Part shown: positions 31,732 to 42,592 of the stretch, one piece after another
How positions within the stretch are numbered: position 1 is the first letter of the stretch
How the letters are laid out: every line of letters starts with the position of its first letter
Source of the DNA: an uncultured Fibrobacterota bacterium
GTDB lineage: Bacteria > Fibrobacterota > Chitinivibrionia > Chitinivibrionales > FEN-1185
Direction of reading: 5' to 3'
Length of the DNA: 64,000 bases
Assembly (NCBI GenBank): GCA_963753345.1
Contig: CAVWBU010000036.1
Coordinates: 13,477-77,476 of the forward strand
The notes under the pieces: model-generated
Databases searched by the model: none
The model's input: the letters and a program-made list of their open reading frames with translations, nothing else
What the model was told of the DNA's origin: nothing
Translations under genes and position numbers: made by a program

Positions 31732-33461
31732 TCGTTCTGAAACTGCTGCTTTACTTTCGCGTACAGTTCCGAACGCAGGTACGTGCCTCCCCGGAAAGGC
31801 AGAGGCCCGTCTGCGAGGGGAACGTTGAGCAGATTCGTGCCCTTTGTGTGAAGCTGGTACGGAATGCCGCTGGCGGCAAGCACCGTGGGGGCGACATCGA
31901 TAAATGAAGCGGCGCATTTGGTTTCATAGTGCACGCGGGAATCCGGGGTGATGATGAACATGGGCACGAATTCGAAGAGCTTCCCCTCGGCCGTGTAGGA
32001 CGCTTTCTTGAACTCGCGGAACGTCCCGATGGGGGTGTGGTCCCCGTAAATGAATATGTAACAGTTCGGCCGCGCCTTCCGGATAAAGGTGACGAACTTT
32101 TCCAATTCCCTGTCCACGTACGCCATTGATTTTAGGTAGGCCATCGCGTGCTTGTCGGACATCGAGTTGAAGCGATTGTCCTTGTAGTAGGGGTTTACAA
32201 GCGTGAAAGGCTCGTGGCTGCTCATGGTGATTACATGGTACAGAAAAGGGTCGTGCTGCGTGCCGAGCTGGCCTAGAGCGAAATTAAAAACGTCGCCGTC
32301 CGGTGCGCCCCAGCTTATTTCCTTGAGTCCCATGCGGGTAAGATCCCAGAACGTCTGAACACCTATCTTTCCGTACGTTTCATCCCTGTTATCGAAATGG
32401 CCCTGGTTGCCGTGAAAGGCGACAATGCTGTAATCGTATTTGGCGAGCCGCTTGTACATGGAATTGAGATACCGGTAATTCACCAACCGCATCGTCGGAA
32501 AATCTCCGAGAGGTTCAATGCTGTTGATAACCGAGAACTCGCAGTCGGTGGTGAGGCCCGCCTCATGGTAGCTGAACGCATACGGGAAGTAGATGCTTTT
32601 GGTGGTGAGATTGTGAAGAAAGGGCGCCGCATGAGCGCCGTGATATACGCGGTGAATGGCATATGCGCCCATCGATTCCAGCTGGATCAGCACGAAATCC
32701 GGACGCGGCCCCTCGGTTCCCGGAGAGGACACGGTCGGCCCGGCCCGCAGGCTTAACGTCTGCGCTTTTGTTCTCCCGTAATGAATCATATCCATGATAT
32801 TGAATGCAAGCAGTCCGTATTTCTTGACCATGGCGGCGTCGGAGTACTGGGAATTGTCCGGGGCCAGCGTCGGGGAACGTGACAGCGGGTTCCACAGAAA
32901 GAGCGCCGCGACCATGATCAGTGCGGCGAGCACCAGCGTCGGCTTGAAAAACATGCGCTTGTTTGCATTGGAGAACTTCGAATAGACAACAACCATTGCG
33001 ATGAAGAAAGGCAGGTCGACGGCAAGGATCCACAGGCGTGTGTCAAGAGGGATATTCGTGTATTTCACGAGGTCGATGGCCTCCGACTGAAGTCCTACGA
33101 ATTGGCTGAACCTCAGAAAGTCGCCGAGGCTGAGATGATAAATGAGATTGAGAGCCATGTAGAAGGTCTGAACAAGATAGAACCCGGCAAACCAGTACCA
33201 CCGCCGCGGCCTTGTGAGGAGGACCAAGACGAAAGTGAGGGGAAGAATGTCCCTGACAAAATAGAAAACCAGGGTCTGCCAGTCGGATGTTTTGCCGGTG
33301 TCGAGGAGAAGGCAGGAAAAGCATGCGGTCTTGAGCGCGTTGGCGAAAACAAAGAGGACGAAAACAAGGACTGCGACCCCCGTTGGAGATCGCGCAACTG
33401 TCTGAAGACGGCCGATGAAAGATTGCATTGCGGTTTTGCTGATGAAGCGGTTGTGGTTCAA
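31728..33461 (-). CDS. LTA synthase-family / sulfatase-fold membrane protein
   Basis: N-terminal TM helices; IQLES, TTDCEF, TMSSHEPF, YGDH. Confidence 0.85.
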   Translation of the reverse strand: MNHNRFISKTAMQSFIGRLQTVARSPTGVAVLVFVLFVFANALKTACFSCLLLDTGKTSDWQTLVFYFVRDILPLTFVLVLLTRPRRWYWFAGFYLVQTFYMALNLIYHLSLGDFLRFSQFVGLQSEAIDLVKYTNIPLDTRLWILAVDLPFFIAMVVVYSKFSNANKRMFFKPTLVLAALIMVAALFLWNPLSRSPTLAPDNSQYSDAAMVKKYGLLAFNIMDMIHYGRTKAQTLSLRAGPTVSSPGTEGPRPDFVLIQLESMGAYAIHRVYHGAHAAPFLHNLTTKSIYFPYAFSYHEAGLTTDCEFSVINSIEPLGDFPTMRLVNYRYLNSMYKRLAKYDYSIVAFHGNQGHFDNRDETYGKIGVQTFWDLTRMGLKEISWGAPDGDVFNFALGQLGTQHDPFLYHVITMSSHEPFTLVNPYYKDNRFNSMSDKHAMAYLKSMAYVDRELEKFVTFIRKARPNCYIFIYGDHTPIGTFREFKKASYTAEGKLFEFVPMFIITPDSRVHYETKCAASFIDVAPTVLAASGIPYQLHTKGTNLLNVPLADGPLPFRGGTYLRSELYAKVKQQFQNE

Positions 33462-33798
33462 GAATCCTCCAGCCAGTCCCGATGTTTAAAAATAATTCTA
33501 CCCGTTCGTTTGGCCAAAATGCGATTCGGTCCGCACAAGAATATTCGCCTTCTCCTCCTGGTGATCTTCCGCTGATGCTAAGCCACGAACCGGACGGTTT
33601 TGCCCCGTTTGCATTCAGTGGTTATTTATTTTGTGGTATGCACCGTCTTTCATTAATTCCCGGCCCCCATGGATCGTGGCTCCTGCTTCCGGGAGCGGGC
33701 AAAGGTCGGAGAAACGACTGCTGTGATTATATCATTTTAGGCCGCAAAAAGTCCATCACCCTGGAGTCGAATACGAGAAACTTGACAGAGGGACAATC

Positions 33799-35280
33799 AT
33801 GATCCGGGAATTTCGTGAACGTCTGAGATCGGACTGGCCGGTTGTCGGTGTGACTGCTGCGATTCTGCTTCTCCTTCTCCTTCTTCCCCTTTTCTTTGGG
33901 GGACTGAGGGAAGATGGATACTGCACGTACAGGATAATGTGGCTCAATTACCTCGGGCACCGGTTCAAGCTGCCCCTGGAAACCCCCAAGCCGCTGTACG
34001 CTCTGTTGTGCGGCGTCGTGGGCCATGGCGCGCTGTATCCCGTGACGTGCACGCTGTGCGCCGGCATATGCGCGCTGCTGATGAAAATGGCGCAAAGGCT
34101 CGGGGCGAGCGCATGGCAGGGACTTGTCGCGTTCTGCCTGTTCCTTGTCGGCAACGCCATGGTCCTGCCGGAGTTTGTGATGGCGTCATACTACACGATA
34201 CCCTATTTATTCCTCACGCTGGCGGCGGTATATGCTTTTGTAAGTAAACGCCCCCTCCCGGCGATGTTCTTTCTGCTGGGCGCGGGACTCCTCAGGCCCG
34301 AGGCGTGGCTGTTTGCGCCGGTGTTTATCCTTGCATCGGTATTCAGGAAAGAACGGGGGTTTTCCTGGTGGCTTCTGGCCTCTTTGACCGCCCCCCTCAT
34401 ATGGGTTCTGTTCGACGAAAGAATATCCGGAAGCCCCACTTACTCCCAGGATCTCACGGACTACTATGTGAAAACCCTGGGAATCATGCCTGTTTCGTTC
34501 GGCCAATTCTGGGGAGAGGCGGCCCGCGCCACGGCATCGACCTTTTTCCCGCCGACGCATCTGTTCGGGCTCGCGGCGCTGGTCTATGTGGCGGCCAGGA
34601 CGCGGAGGCACGAGCACCTTGTGATGGCAATCCTCGCGGTGGTGCCGTTTATGTTTCTCTGGCTCCTTTCCGCCGGTCATCCCGTGCTGGTTCAGACCAG
34701 ATTTTTTGCTTTCCCGATGCTCGTATGCTGTTTCTACGCAGCGCTTGTCATGAGGGAATTCTCAAAGAACAGGTGGATTCTTGTTCTGCTCTCCGCGGCA
34801 CTCCTCTGCGGTTCGTTTCAATTCGGCATGCTGTCCGACACGGCGCGGCGGATACGGAATGACGGTGCGATAGAAGAGGCGCGAAAAGACCTTGTGGAAT
34901 CCGTTAGAACCATGGAGAGCAATGCCGACGTTATCCTGTGCGGCCGCTCGGCCAGCTATTTTGCCTATCACCTCGGGGAGAGAGCGTCGCGCAAGCTGTT
35001 CATGTTCAGGGAGGCGGAAGCAAGAACGGATTTTGAAAAGAACTTTTCAAACGGGGTGGCTGTTTACATTCAGGACGATATGGCGGGCCTGGACAATGCC
35101 TTCAAGTTTCTTTCCGCACCGCGAATATACGAGGTGAACGGCTACCGTTTCTCGCCAGTGAAGGTGACGACGCGCGGCAACGGGATCGTGTATGCCGTTG
35201 AGAGGCTGCCCCGGCGGCTCATCCCGCCGCAGGGCCTTGGCGCGGCGCCCCCGGCCGACAAAGCAGGCGGCAACCGGTGA
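33799..35280 (+). CDS. Polytopic membrane protein, GT-C glycosyltransferase-like
   Basis: Many TM segments; TPKPL, LLRPEAW motifs. Confidence 0.5.
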   Translation: MIREFRERLRSDWPVVGVTAAILLLLLLLPLFFGGLREDGYCTYRIMWLNYLGHRFKLPLETPKPLYALLCGVVGHGALYPVTCTLCAGICALLMKMAQRLGASAWQGLVAFCLFLVGNAMVLPEFVMASYYTIPYLFLTLAAVYAFVSKRPLPAMFFLLGAGLLRPEAWLFAPVFILASVFRKERGFSWWLLASLTAPLIWVLFDERISGSPTYSQDLTDYYVKTLGIMPVSFGQFWGEAARATASTFFPPTHLFGLAALVYVAARTRRHEHLVMAILAVVPFMFLWLLSAGHPVLVQTRFFAFPMLVCCFYAALVMREFSKNRWILVLLSAALLCGSFQFGMLSDTARRIRNDGAIEEARKDLVESVRTMESNADVILCGRSASYFAYHLGERASRKLFMFREAEARTDFEKNFSNGVAVYIQDDMAGLDNAFKFLSAPRIYEVNGYRFSPVKVTTRGNGIVYAVERLPRRLIPPQGLGAAPPADKAGGNR

Positions 35281-35438
35281 AGCTCCCCGAGCTGCCGCAA
35301 GGAGTTTTCCAGCAGAAAACGTTTTCTTGCGGACAGCCTTGCCAAGGTGCCTCTTTTGTCTTATATTGTAGAGTGATCATTGGAGATTTGATCGGTGCCG
35401 GGACAGGTGCGCAAAAACAACCTTTTTTAGGGGGTATC

Positions 35439-37229
35439 ATGAAAAGACAGTTGTTCATTGGTGCAACGGCATTGATGGCGTTCCTTATTGTTGAGGCCAA
35501 TGCAGGTTTGGTGGCGTACTGGGATTTCAACGAGGGGAGCGGAGCCTTATTGCATGATAAAAGCGGACATGGCAACGATGGGACAATTTACGGCGCATCG
35601 TGGGCCTCGGGATTGACAGGCTCGTCACTCTATTTCAACGGAACAACCAACTACGTCGTACTGCCTAATCCGCTCCCCTTCGAGCTCCCGCGTTTTACCA
35701 TCGCATGCTGGATAAAGCCGCAAGACCCATATGTCGCGCAGTCAAGGGCCTTCTTCAGTAACTTGGAGGCGGTGTCCGGCGTGTCCAATGGCGTTTGCAT
35801 TGAGCTCGATATCAGACATTATCTTCACTTCGTCGTTGCCAGGGCCGATAACCAGGATTACTGGTTGGAAATTAATGCAACAGTTAGCATCTCCGATAGT
35901 TCCTACCATTTTGCCGCCTGTAGCTATGACGGGGCGAGTCTCAAACTGTTTTTCGACGGCGTATTTGTTGCACAGGCACCATACAGCGGCGGCATCAGGT
36001 ATAGCAATGTGATGCCCTATATCGGCGCTTCACCAAATGATATAAACCATCTAGGCTATTATAAGGGAAATATCGACGAAATGCGAGTGTATGACCAAGC
36101 GCTTTCCCTTTCGGAGTTGCTTGCTCTCTACAACAACAGGGGGCAAAGCGCCCTGGCGGAGTTCCTTATTCCGGTCCCGTCGCCCACCTATGACCGCCGT
36201 CCGGTCTTTTTCTGGCATCCCGTGAAAGGCGCAGGCGGATACAACATCCAGATTGACACCACCAGAAACTTCACCAATCCAATTATAAGCGTGGCTACAG
36301 CGGACACCTCTTTCAGGCCGGGTGCGGACCTTCCTATTGACACCATTTTTTGGCGGGTCATGGCAGGCGTCAATGACACACTCACCTATTTCTCGGACAT
36401 CGGCTCCTTCCTCATACAGAATCCGAAGGTGCCGCTTCTCATCCCGTACGAGCCCAAGGTAACCCTGGAGCGGAAGCCCCTCTTACGGTGGCATCCGGTT
36501 GCGGGGGCTTCTTCGTACACGCTCGAGATCGGCAATGATGTCGCCTTTATCAATAATTCTTACATCATTCCTCTCAGCGACACTCAGTATTCGCCAACGG
36601 TCAACCTTCCCTTTGGCGAAACGTACTGGCGTGTGCAATCAAGTCTTGCGCCTGCGTGGTCTGCCTTCGACATGTTCCAGATCGTTCCGGATTCGATACC
36701 CTTCCTGATCCGCTACAACGGGGCCGTGGTTTCGGCAGCGAAACCGTTGTTCGCGTGGCACCCGGTGGTCGGCGCCGCTTCATATACGGTTGAATTCGCC
36801 GGCAACGCTTCGTTTACAGGAGGATATGTCGTGCCTCTCACTGACACGTCTTTCGCGCCTTTGGTTGCTCTATCGAATGGCACGTGGTTTTGGAGGGTAA
36901 GCTCAAGCAGGAACCCTGCGTTGTTTTGCGCCCCGGACAGCCTTGTGATCGCATCGGTGCTGGCGAGGACCGAACGCAGATCAGCGGCCGTACCGTTTGC
37001 CGTGCGGTCCTTTAAAAGCCGTTTCGAGATAACGGCCGACTTCTCCACAAATGCGAACGTGAAAATCACTCTGTTTACGGCGGGTGGAAAGAAGGTTCTG
37101 GAGCGTTGCGTGACCGCCTGCGGTACAACGGTTTCAATCGACGCAGTAGAAGTCCCGACCGGCATTTACCTGATGGAATTAGTGGCAGGGGAGAAGTGCA
37201 TCAGGCAGAAGGTGATGGTGGCACGGTAG
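35439..37229 (+). CDS. Secreted LamG-domain protein with three FN3-like repeats and T9SS-type tail
   Basis: LVAYWDFNEG, GNIDEMRVY; three WHPVxGA..Y..WRV repeats; GIY..KVMV. Confidence 0.8.
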   Translation: MKRQLFIGATALMAFLIVEANAGLVAYWDFNEGSGALLHDKSGHGNDGTIYGASWASGLTGSSLYFNGTTNYVVLPNPLPFELPRFTIACWIKPQDPYVAQSRAFFSNLEAVSGVSNGVCIELDIRHYLHFVVARADNQDYWLEINATVSISDSSYHFAACSYDGASLKLFFDGVFVAQAPYSGGIRYSNVMPYIGASPNDINHLGYYKGNIDEMRVYDQALSLSELLALYNNRGQSALAEFLIPVPSPTYDRRPVFFWHPVKGAGGYNIQIDTTRNFTNPIISVATADTSFRPGADLPIDTIFWRVMAGVNDTLTYFSDIGSFLIQNPKVPLLIPYEPKVTLERKPLLRWHPVAGASSYTLEIGNDVAFINNSYIIPLSDTQYSPTVNLPFGETYWRVQSSLAPAWSAFDMFQIVPDSIPFLIRYNGAVVSAAKPLFAWHPVVGAASYTVEFAGNASFTGGYVVPLTDTSFAPLVALSNGTWFWRVSSSRNPALFCAPDSLVIASVLARTERRSAAVPFAVRSFKSRFEITADFSTNANVKITLFTAGGKKVLERCVTACGTTVSIDAVEVPTGIYLMELVAGEKCIRQKVMVAR

Positions 37230-37479
37230 GCCGCGGCGTTTGAGTACGACTGGGGACTGCTCGATTGCCCCTCTTGCCGGAGAGTGCCGAACTCCGATCG
37301 TGTGCCACGTTCCGGGCGATCCGTATCCCGCCGAAGATGGATCAATAGAAAATGCTTGGAGAATGGGACTTTCGCAACGGTATTGATTCTCTTTTGCAAG
37401 TCACTTTCTGCGCCGCAGTTGCCGTATTCCAACGGCGCTTTGGCTTTTTCTGCCGATTCGTGCACCCGGGAATCCGCAA

Positions 37480-37513
37480 ACCAAAACGTAACTTCCACAC
37501 ACCAAAACGTCAC
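37480..37513 (+). promoter_or_regulatory. Direct-repeat operator candidate (21-bp period)
   Basis: ACCAAAACGTAAC at 37480 and ACCAAAACGTCAC at 37501. Confidence 0.5.
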
Positions 37514-37679
37514 AGAGAGGGACGACGGGTGATAGGTCGTCTGTTTTCACATGGCCAATCGAACATTCTCCCTCTGGCATAGGCTTTGCGGTTACAAGGA
37601 CATTCATGACCCGTGCATGGAACACGGAAACGGTCTATTTGCAAATTCACCAAATCCCTTTCTTCACGGAGGAACTGCT

Positions 37680-38393
37680 ATGCGCAAGCGAATGGCTGGT
37701 TTATTCGTCTGTCTGATCGTCTGCTTTGTTGTGGCGCAGGATCAAGATTCTCCGCGTTTCGGCATTAATGTGACGACCAACACCTTGTCACTGAGTAATA
37801 CCGACTATGGAGCAAAGGGATTGCGGAACACCGGAATGCTCGGCGGAAGATACTTTGTCATTCCGTCACTTGCCGTCGACGCCGCCGTCGGATTCGGTTT
37901 CAGCACCTCGACCAACGCCGATACCGCGGCGCTCACACCCAAAGACCCCGGCATTACGGAAGTGAGCGGGCAGGTGGGCGTGTTGTGGAAGTTGACACCT
38001 GGATCCTGGAAATCATATCTGGGGGTGGTCGTCGACGGCGGCGTTGCCTACCAAAAATGGTATGATGCCATAACACTCAAAGATACGACGAGAGTAATGC
38101 CCGCCCCTCCGGCAAAGAATTATGTGTCCTATACTCTGGTCGAACCCTATTCCGTTGTCATCCCGTTTATTTTTGCAGGCATCGAGCCGGGATTCGCATT
38201 CGACAATCATTTCTCGCTTTTCGCAAGTTTCGGCATAAACGCGATTTTCTACCCCGATTCCAAGGCAATCGATCAACGTTCGGTCAGTACGAATACCACC
38301 TATATAACCTCGCTTCCCCTTATCGAACGTAAAGACGCCAGTATCGAACTGTCGGTCTCCTCGGTCGGCCTCGGGGTCCGCTTTCTTTTTTAG
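37680..38393 (+). CDS. Outer-membrane beta-barrel protein
   Basis: Signal peptide, amphipathic strands, terminal GVRFLF. Confidence 0.7.
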   Translation: MRKRMAGLFVCLIVCFVVAQDQDSPRFGINVTTNTLSLSNTDYGAKGLRNTGMLGGRYFVIPSLAVDAAVGFGFSTSTNADTAALTPKDPGITEVSGQVGVLWKLTPGSWKSYLGVVVDGGVAYQKWYDAITLKDTTRVMPAPPAKNYVSYTLVEPYSVVIPFIFAGIEPGFAFDNHFSLFASFGINAIFYPDSKAIDQRSVSTNTTYITSLPLIERKDASIELSVSSVGLGVRFLF

Positions 38394-38407
38394 CCGCCGT
38401 TATAACC

Positions 38408-38434
38408 GCCCTTTCCGGCATTGCCGGAAAGGGC
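38408..38434. terminator. Hairpin between convergent genes
   Basis: GCCCTTTCCGGCA-T-TGCCGGAAAGGGC. Confidence 0.65.
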
Positions 38435-38464
38435 CCCGATATTCCGTGCCGGCTGATAGTTCCC

Positions 38465-39622
38465 TTACCCTTCCAGCGTTATCCTCGCCCTTCCCTCGCG
38501 CTTTGACCGGTAGAGCGCCTCGTCGGTCCGCTTCACGATGCTCTTTTCGTCTTCGCCCGCCATTGCCTCCGCGATGCCGATGGAAAGGCTCACCCTTCCG
38601 AATTTGAACGCGCCGAACTGCTTGGAGATACGCTCCGCCGCGACTTTTGCCTGGTTCTTGTCGGTGTCGGGAAGAATGACGGCGAACTCGTCGCCGCCGT
38701 AACGGAAGCCGGCGTCGACGTCTTTACGGATGCATACCTTGATTACCTGGCCGAGCGACCTGAGCACCTGGTCTCCCACCTGGTGGCCTTCGGTGTCGTT
38801 GAGCTCTTTGAAGTGATCGATGTCGATGAGCATGATCGACAGCTTGCGCTGCGGGTTGCGCTTGAGCCGGGAGAGCTCGCGCACGATCTGGTCGTAGAAA
38901 TGCCGCACGTTGAACAGTTCGGTGAGGCTGTCGGTGATGGCAAGCTTCGACAGCAGCTCGTTCTTCTTGACAAGCTCGTTTTCGAGCTTCTTCTTCTCCG
39001 TGATGTCCTTGGCCGTCACCACGAGGCCGATGATCTGCTCGGCGTCGTTTTTCATCTCAGAAATGCTCAGGTTGAGAAGGATGATTTCACCCTGTTTGGT
39101 TTTCATGGGGATTTCTTCGTTCACCGATTTTCCGGAAAGAATGACCGCATTGAGGATCTTGCGCTCGTCGGCTTCATTGACAAAAAGTTGCTTGAGCGGC
39201 ACGCCTACGATCTCCTCCTGAATGTAGCCGAAGTGCATTTCCGAGCCTTTGTTGAATTTGAGGATGAAGGCGTCGACGTCGGTGGTGAAGATGATGTCGG
39301 TCGAATCGTCCAGGATGCTCTGGAGATAGTTCGATTTCGCAAGGGTCCTTCGCATCGTAAGCTGGGTCTTCTCCATTCTCTTGACAAATTCCCTGATGTA
39401 CTTGAAGAAGCCGAAGAGGAGGCCGCCAAGGAGTGAGGCGGCGAGCAACGAAACGAATGCGGCCCAGATCCATTGCGGGGACTTAAACAGCCCCAGAAAC
39501 ACCGCGAATACGAGAATCACCGCAAAGCACAATGCTCCCGCAGCGACAATCGTTTTTTGCGGTATACCGCTGTAGTTGTTGTAATTTGGAAGAAACGGCT
39601 TTATCAGGTTCACGTTGTTCAT
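38465..39622 (-). CDS. Membrane PAS-GGDEF diguanylate cyclase
   Basis: Two TM helices, PAS/PAC, TDSLT, DIDHFK, RYGGDEF. Confidence 0.93.
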   Translation of the reverse strand: MNNVNLIKPFLPNYNNYSGIPQKTIVAAGALCFAVILVFAVFLGLFKSPQWIWAAFVSLLAASLLGGLLFGFFKYIREFVKRMEKTQLTMRRTLAKSNYLQSILDDSTDIIFTTDVDAFILKFNKGSEMHFGYIQEEIVGVPLKQLFVNEADERKILNAVILSGKSVNEEIPMKTKQGEIILLNLSISEMKNDAEQIIGLVVTAKDITEKKKLENELVKKNELLSKLAITDSLTELFNVRHFYDQIVRELSRLKRNPQRKLSIMLIDIDHFKELNDTEGHQVGDQVLRSLGQVIKVCIRKDVDAGFRYGGDEFAVILPDTDKNQAKVAAERISKQFGAFKFGRVSLSIGIAEAMAGEDEKSIVKRTDEALYRSKREGRARITLEG

Positions 39623-39869
39623 TCACCTGATGAAATGTATCGTGAAGCGCAACCGCACTTTACAGCTTGCGCATCAACCGTTGAAAAAGGAATCATCTCA
39701 TCTTATTCTACACTAATTTGTTAAATAATAGAAGCAAAAAATGAGACGCTTGGTTTTTCGGTTTGTTTAAGCGCTTATTGATGATTACGAACCATGCTCT
39801 TTTTTCTTGTACGAAATGGACAAGCATATAGTATTTATGTCCAGGTTTGAGCAACAAGTAAGGTAAATC

Positions 39870-40250
39870 ATGCTCGGCAGAATAGACAAGACAAAAGGTC
39901 AGATGGAGGCCGAAATAAGCGACGCCGTCACCCGGTTCGAAAAAGAATTCATGGGACGGGGCCCGCTGGAGACGAGGACCTACATCATAGACGACATGGT
40001 GATCGTCCGGCTCAAGGGCGTGCTTACCAGAGCGGAATACCGCCTTGTGAAGTCGGAGCGCAACTCCAAGGCCCGCGACCTTGTCAAGCAGGTGCGCATT
40101 GAGCTGCTCGAAAACGGCAGGCCGCTGCTCGAGGACATCATCAGGGACGTGCTCAAGCGCAAGGTCAAGAGCATGCACACCGATATCAGTACCATGAGCG
40201 GGGAGCGGATCATTATCTTCACCCTCGACAGGGCCGCTCTGGAAGACTGA
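39870..40250 (+). CDS. DUF2294 / MpsC-family protein
   Basis: TKGQMEAEIS, GRGP, GVLTRAE, MHTDIST..GERIIIFTL. Confidence 0.85.
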   Translation: MLGRIDKTKGQMEAEISDAVTRFEKEFMGRGPLETRTYIIDDMVIVRLKGVLTRAEYRLVKSERNSKARDLVKQVRIELLENGRPLLEDIIRDVLKRKVKSMHTDISTMSGERIIIFTLDRAALED

Positions 40251-40357
40251 TTCCGCATATCGCAGAGTTTTCTTTGTCGCGCCCGGCAACCGTGAGTGTG
40301 ACATTTTTCACCGGCGTGCAATTGCGTCTAAGTTTTTTCTTGCCGTTTTCCCGGGGC

Positions 40358-40366
40358 TGTTATAAT
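40358..40366 (+). promoter_or_regulatory. Extended -10 promoter for pckG leader
   Basis: TGTTATAAT. Confidence 0.6.
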
Positions 40367-40509
40367 TTTTTAGTGCCGTACGGAAGCCGCGTGCAGGCGA
40401 CCTGCTTGGTCGCGGGCGCTTGCGGATGCCGGAACGGACGCGGCCGGTTTGCAACCGGCCCGGTATCAAGCCCGGTTGACTCTTGCTCAAGGGGCAGTCC
40501 GGGGGTGAG

Positions 40510-40552
40510 GGCCAAGGAAATGCCGAAGGGTATTTCTCTGGTCTTTTTTTTT
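40510..40552 (+). terminator. Intrinsic terminator in pckG 5' leader (attenuator candidate)
   Basis: GGCCAAGGAAATGCC-GAAG-GGTATTTCTCTGGTC followed by T9, about 100 nt before pckG ATG. Confidence 0.8.
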
Positions 40553-40655
40553 ACCAGGATATCCGGGATTAAAACCGATTATCAGGATAACAGGGCAACA
40601 GACGGCATCACCGCAGGAATTGCGGTGGCTTCCTGACAAGAAAGAAAGGAATACC

Positions 40656-42464
40656 ATGGATGTGAAGGCGACCGCTTCCAACAAGAAACTCGAGCAGTGG
40701 GTAAAAGACATTGCCGGCATGTGTCAACCTGACGGCGTTCACTGGTGCGACGGCTCGCAGGAGGAATACGACGGCCTGTGCGCCCGGATGGTTTCGTCGG
40801 GCATGGCCACGCAGCTCAATCCGGCAAAGAAGCCGGGGTGTTTTCTGTTCCGCAGCCACCCGTCCGACGTGGCGCGCGTCGAAGACCGTACCTACGTGGC
40901 GCCGCATTCAAAGGATGATGCCGGTCCCACAAACAACTGGATGGATCCCGACGCGCTCAAGAAGAAAATGACCGGTTTGTACACAGGCTGCATGAAGGGC
41001 CGCACCATGTATGTCATTCCTTTTTCCATGGGGCCAATCGGCTCGCCGATATCGAAAATCGGCGTGGAAATCACGGATTCGCCCTACGTTGTGGTGAACA
41101 TGAGGATTATGACCCGCATGGGAAAAAGAGTGCTTGACGCGCTCGGCGCGGACGGAGAGTTCGTTCCATGCCTTCATTCGGTGGGAGCGCCGCTTGCCAA
41201 AGGACAAAAGGATTCCGCATGGCCCTGCGCGCCCGATATCGCCAACAAATACATAAGCCATTTTCCCGAGGAGCGGACCATCTGGTCGTACGGGTCGGGC
41301 TACGGCGGCAACGCGCTTCTGGGCAAGAAATGTTTCGCGCTGCGCATTGCGTCGGTGCAGGCGCGCGATGAAGGGTGGCTGGCCGAGCACATGCTTATTC
41401 TGGGCATAACCAATCCTCAGGGAAAAAAGAAGTACTTTGCGGCAGCTTTTCCAAGCGCCTGCGGCAAGACCAACCTTGCCATGATGATTCCCACGATTCC
41501 CGGCTGGAAAGTGGAAACCGTCGGCGACGACATCGCCTGGATGAAGTTCGGCCCGGACGGAAGGCTGCACGCCATCAACCCTGAATCGGGTTTTTTCGGC
41601 GTGGTGCCGGGAACCTCCATGGATTCGAACGCCAATGCCATGCTTTCCATTGAGAAGAACACGATTTATACCAATGTAGTGCTCACTCAGGACAAAGATG
41701 TCTGGTGGGAAGGAATAGGGTTCGATCCTCCTGCGGGAAAAAACATCGACTGGACCGGACAGGAATGGGACATGACCATGCGCCGGACAGGCGCGCATCC
41801 GAATGCGCGGTTCACGGCCCCGGCCGCGCAATGCCCGGTCATTGATCCGGCATGGGAGGATCCGCAGGGAGTTCCGATAAGCGCGATCCTTGTCGGCGGC
41901 CGCAGGCCGACAACAATACCGCTTGTGCATCAGGCTTTTTCGTGGAACCACGGCGTTTTTCTCGGATCGATTGTCGGCTCTGAAACCACCACGGCAAACA
42001 TCGGTGCGGTCGGCGTGGTCCGGCGCGACCCGTTTGCCATGCTTCCGTTCTGCGGATACCACATGGGCGACTATCTGGCGCATTGGATTGAAATCGGCAA
42101 GAAGACCGCGGCCGACAAACTGCCCAAGATTTTTTATGTGAACTGGTTCAGAAAAAGCGACGACGGCAAGTGGCTGTGGCCCGGCTACGGCGAAAACAGC
42201 CGGGTGCTCAAATGGATATTCGAGCGCACCGACGGCGCGACCAATGCCGTTGAATCTCCAATCGGCTACCTGCCCGCTCAAGGCGCCATAGACACCAGCG
42301 GTCTGCCGGTTGCGGCCTCGGACATGAAGGAGCTGTTCAGGGTGGACGCAGCGGAGTGGAAGAAGGAACTGGAGGGGATCAAGGACCATTACAGGAAATT
42401 CGGATCAAGGCTGCCTGCGGCTCTTTCCGGCGAGCTTGCGGCTCTTGAGAAGCGGCTGGGATGA
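40656..42464 (+). CDS. pckG: GTP-dependent PEP carboxykinase
   Basis: [44 protein letters not shown]. Confidence 0.97.
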   Translation: MDVKATASNKKLEQWVKDIAGMCQPDGVHWCDGSQEEYDGLCARMVSSGMATQLNPAKKPGCFLFRSHPSDVARVEDRTYVAPHSKDDAGPTNNWMDPDALKKKMTGLYTGCMKGRTMYVIPFSMGPIGSPISKIGVEITDSPYVVVNMRIMTRMGKRVLDALGADGEFVPCLHSVGAPLAKGQKDSAWPCAPDIANKYISHFPEERTIWSYGSGYGGNALLGKKCFALRIASVQARDEGWLAEHMLILGITNPQGKKKYFAAAFPSACGKTNLAMMIPTIPGWKVETVGDDIAWMKFGPDGRLHAINPESGFFGVVPGTSMDSNANAMLSIEKNTIYTNVVLTQDKDVWWEGIGFDPPAGKNIDWTGQEWDMTMRRTGAHPNARFTAPAAQCPVIDPAWEDPQGVPISAILVGGRRPTTIPLVHQAFSWNHGVFLGSIVGSETTTANIGAVGVVRRDPFAMLPFCGYHMGDYLAHWIEIGKKTAADKLPKIFYVNWFRKSDDGKWLWPGYGENSRVLKWIFERTDGATNAVESPIGYLPAQGAIDTSGLPVAASDMKELFRVDAAEWKKELEGIKDHYRKFGSRLPAALSGELAALEKRLG

Positions 42465-42592
42465 CGGGCTACGATTGTTCACCAGGCTAGGGGTTTATTA
42501 TATATTAATGAACCAGGCCACAATCGCCCTTCCGGCTTGGCCAAAACCATAAAGAAACATCGCACTGCGACCACAACAGAAGGACATGAGCC

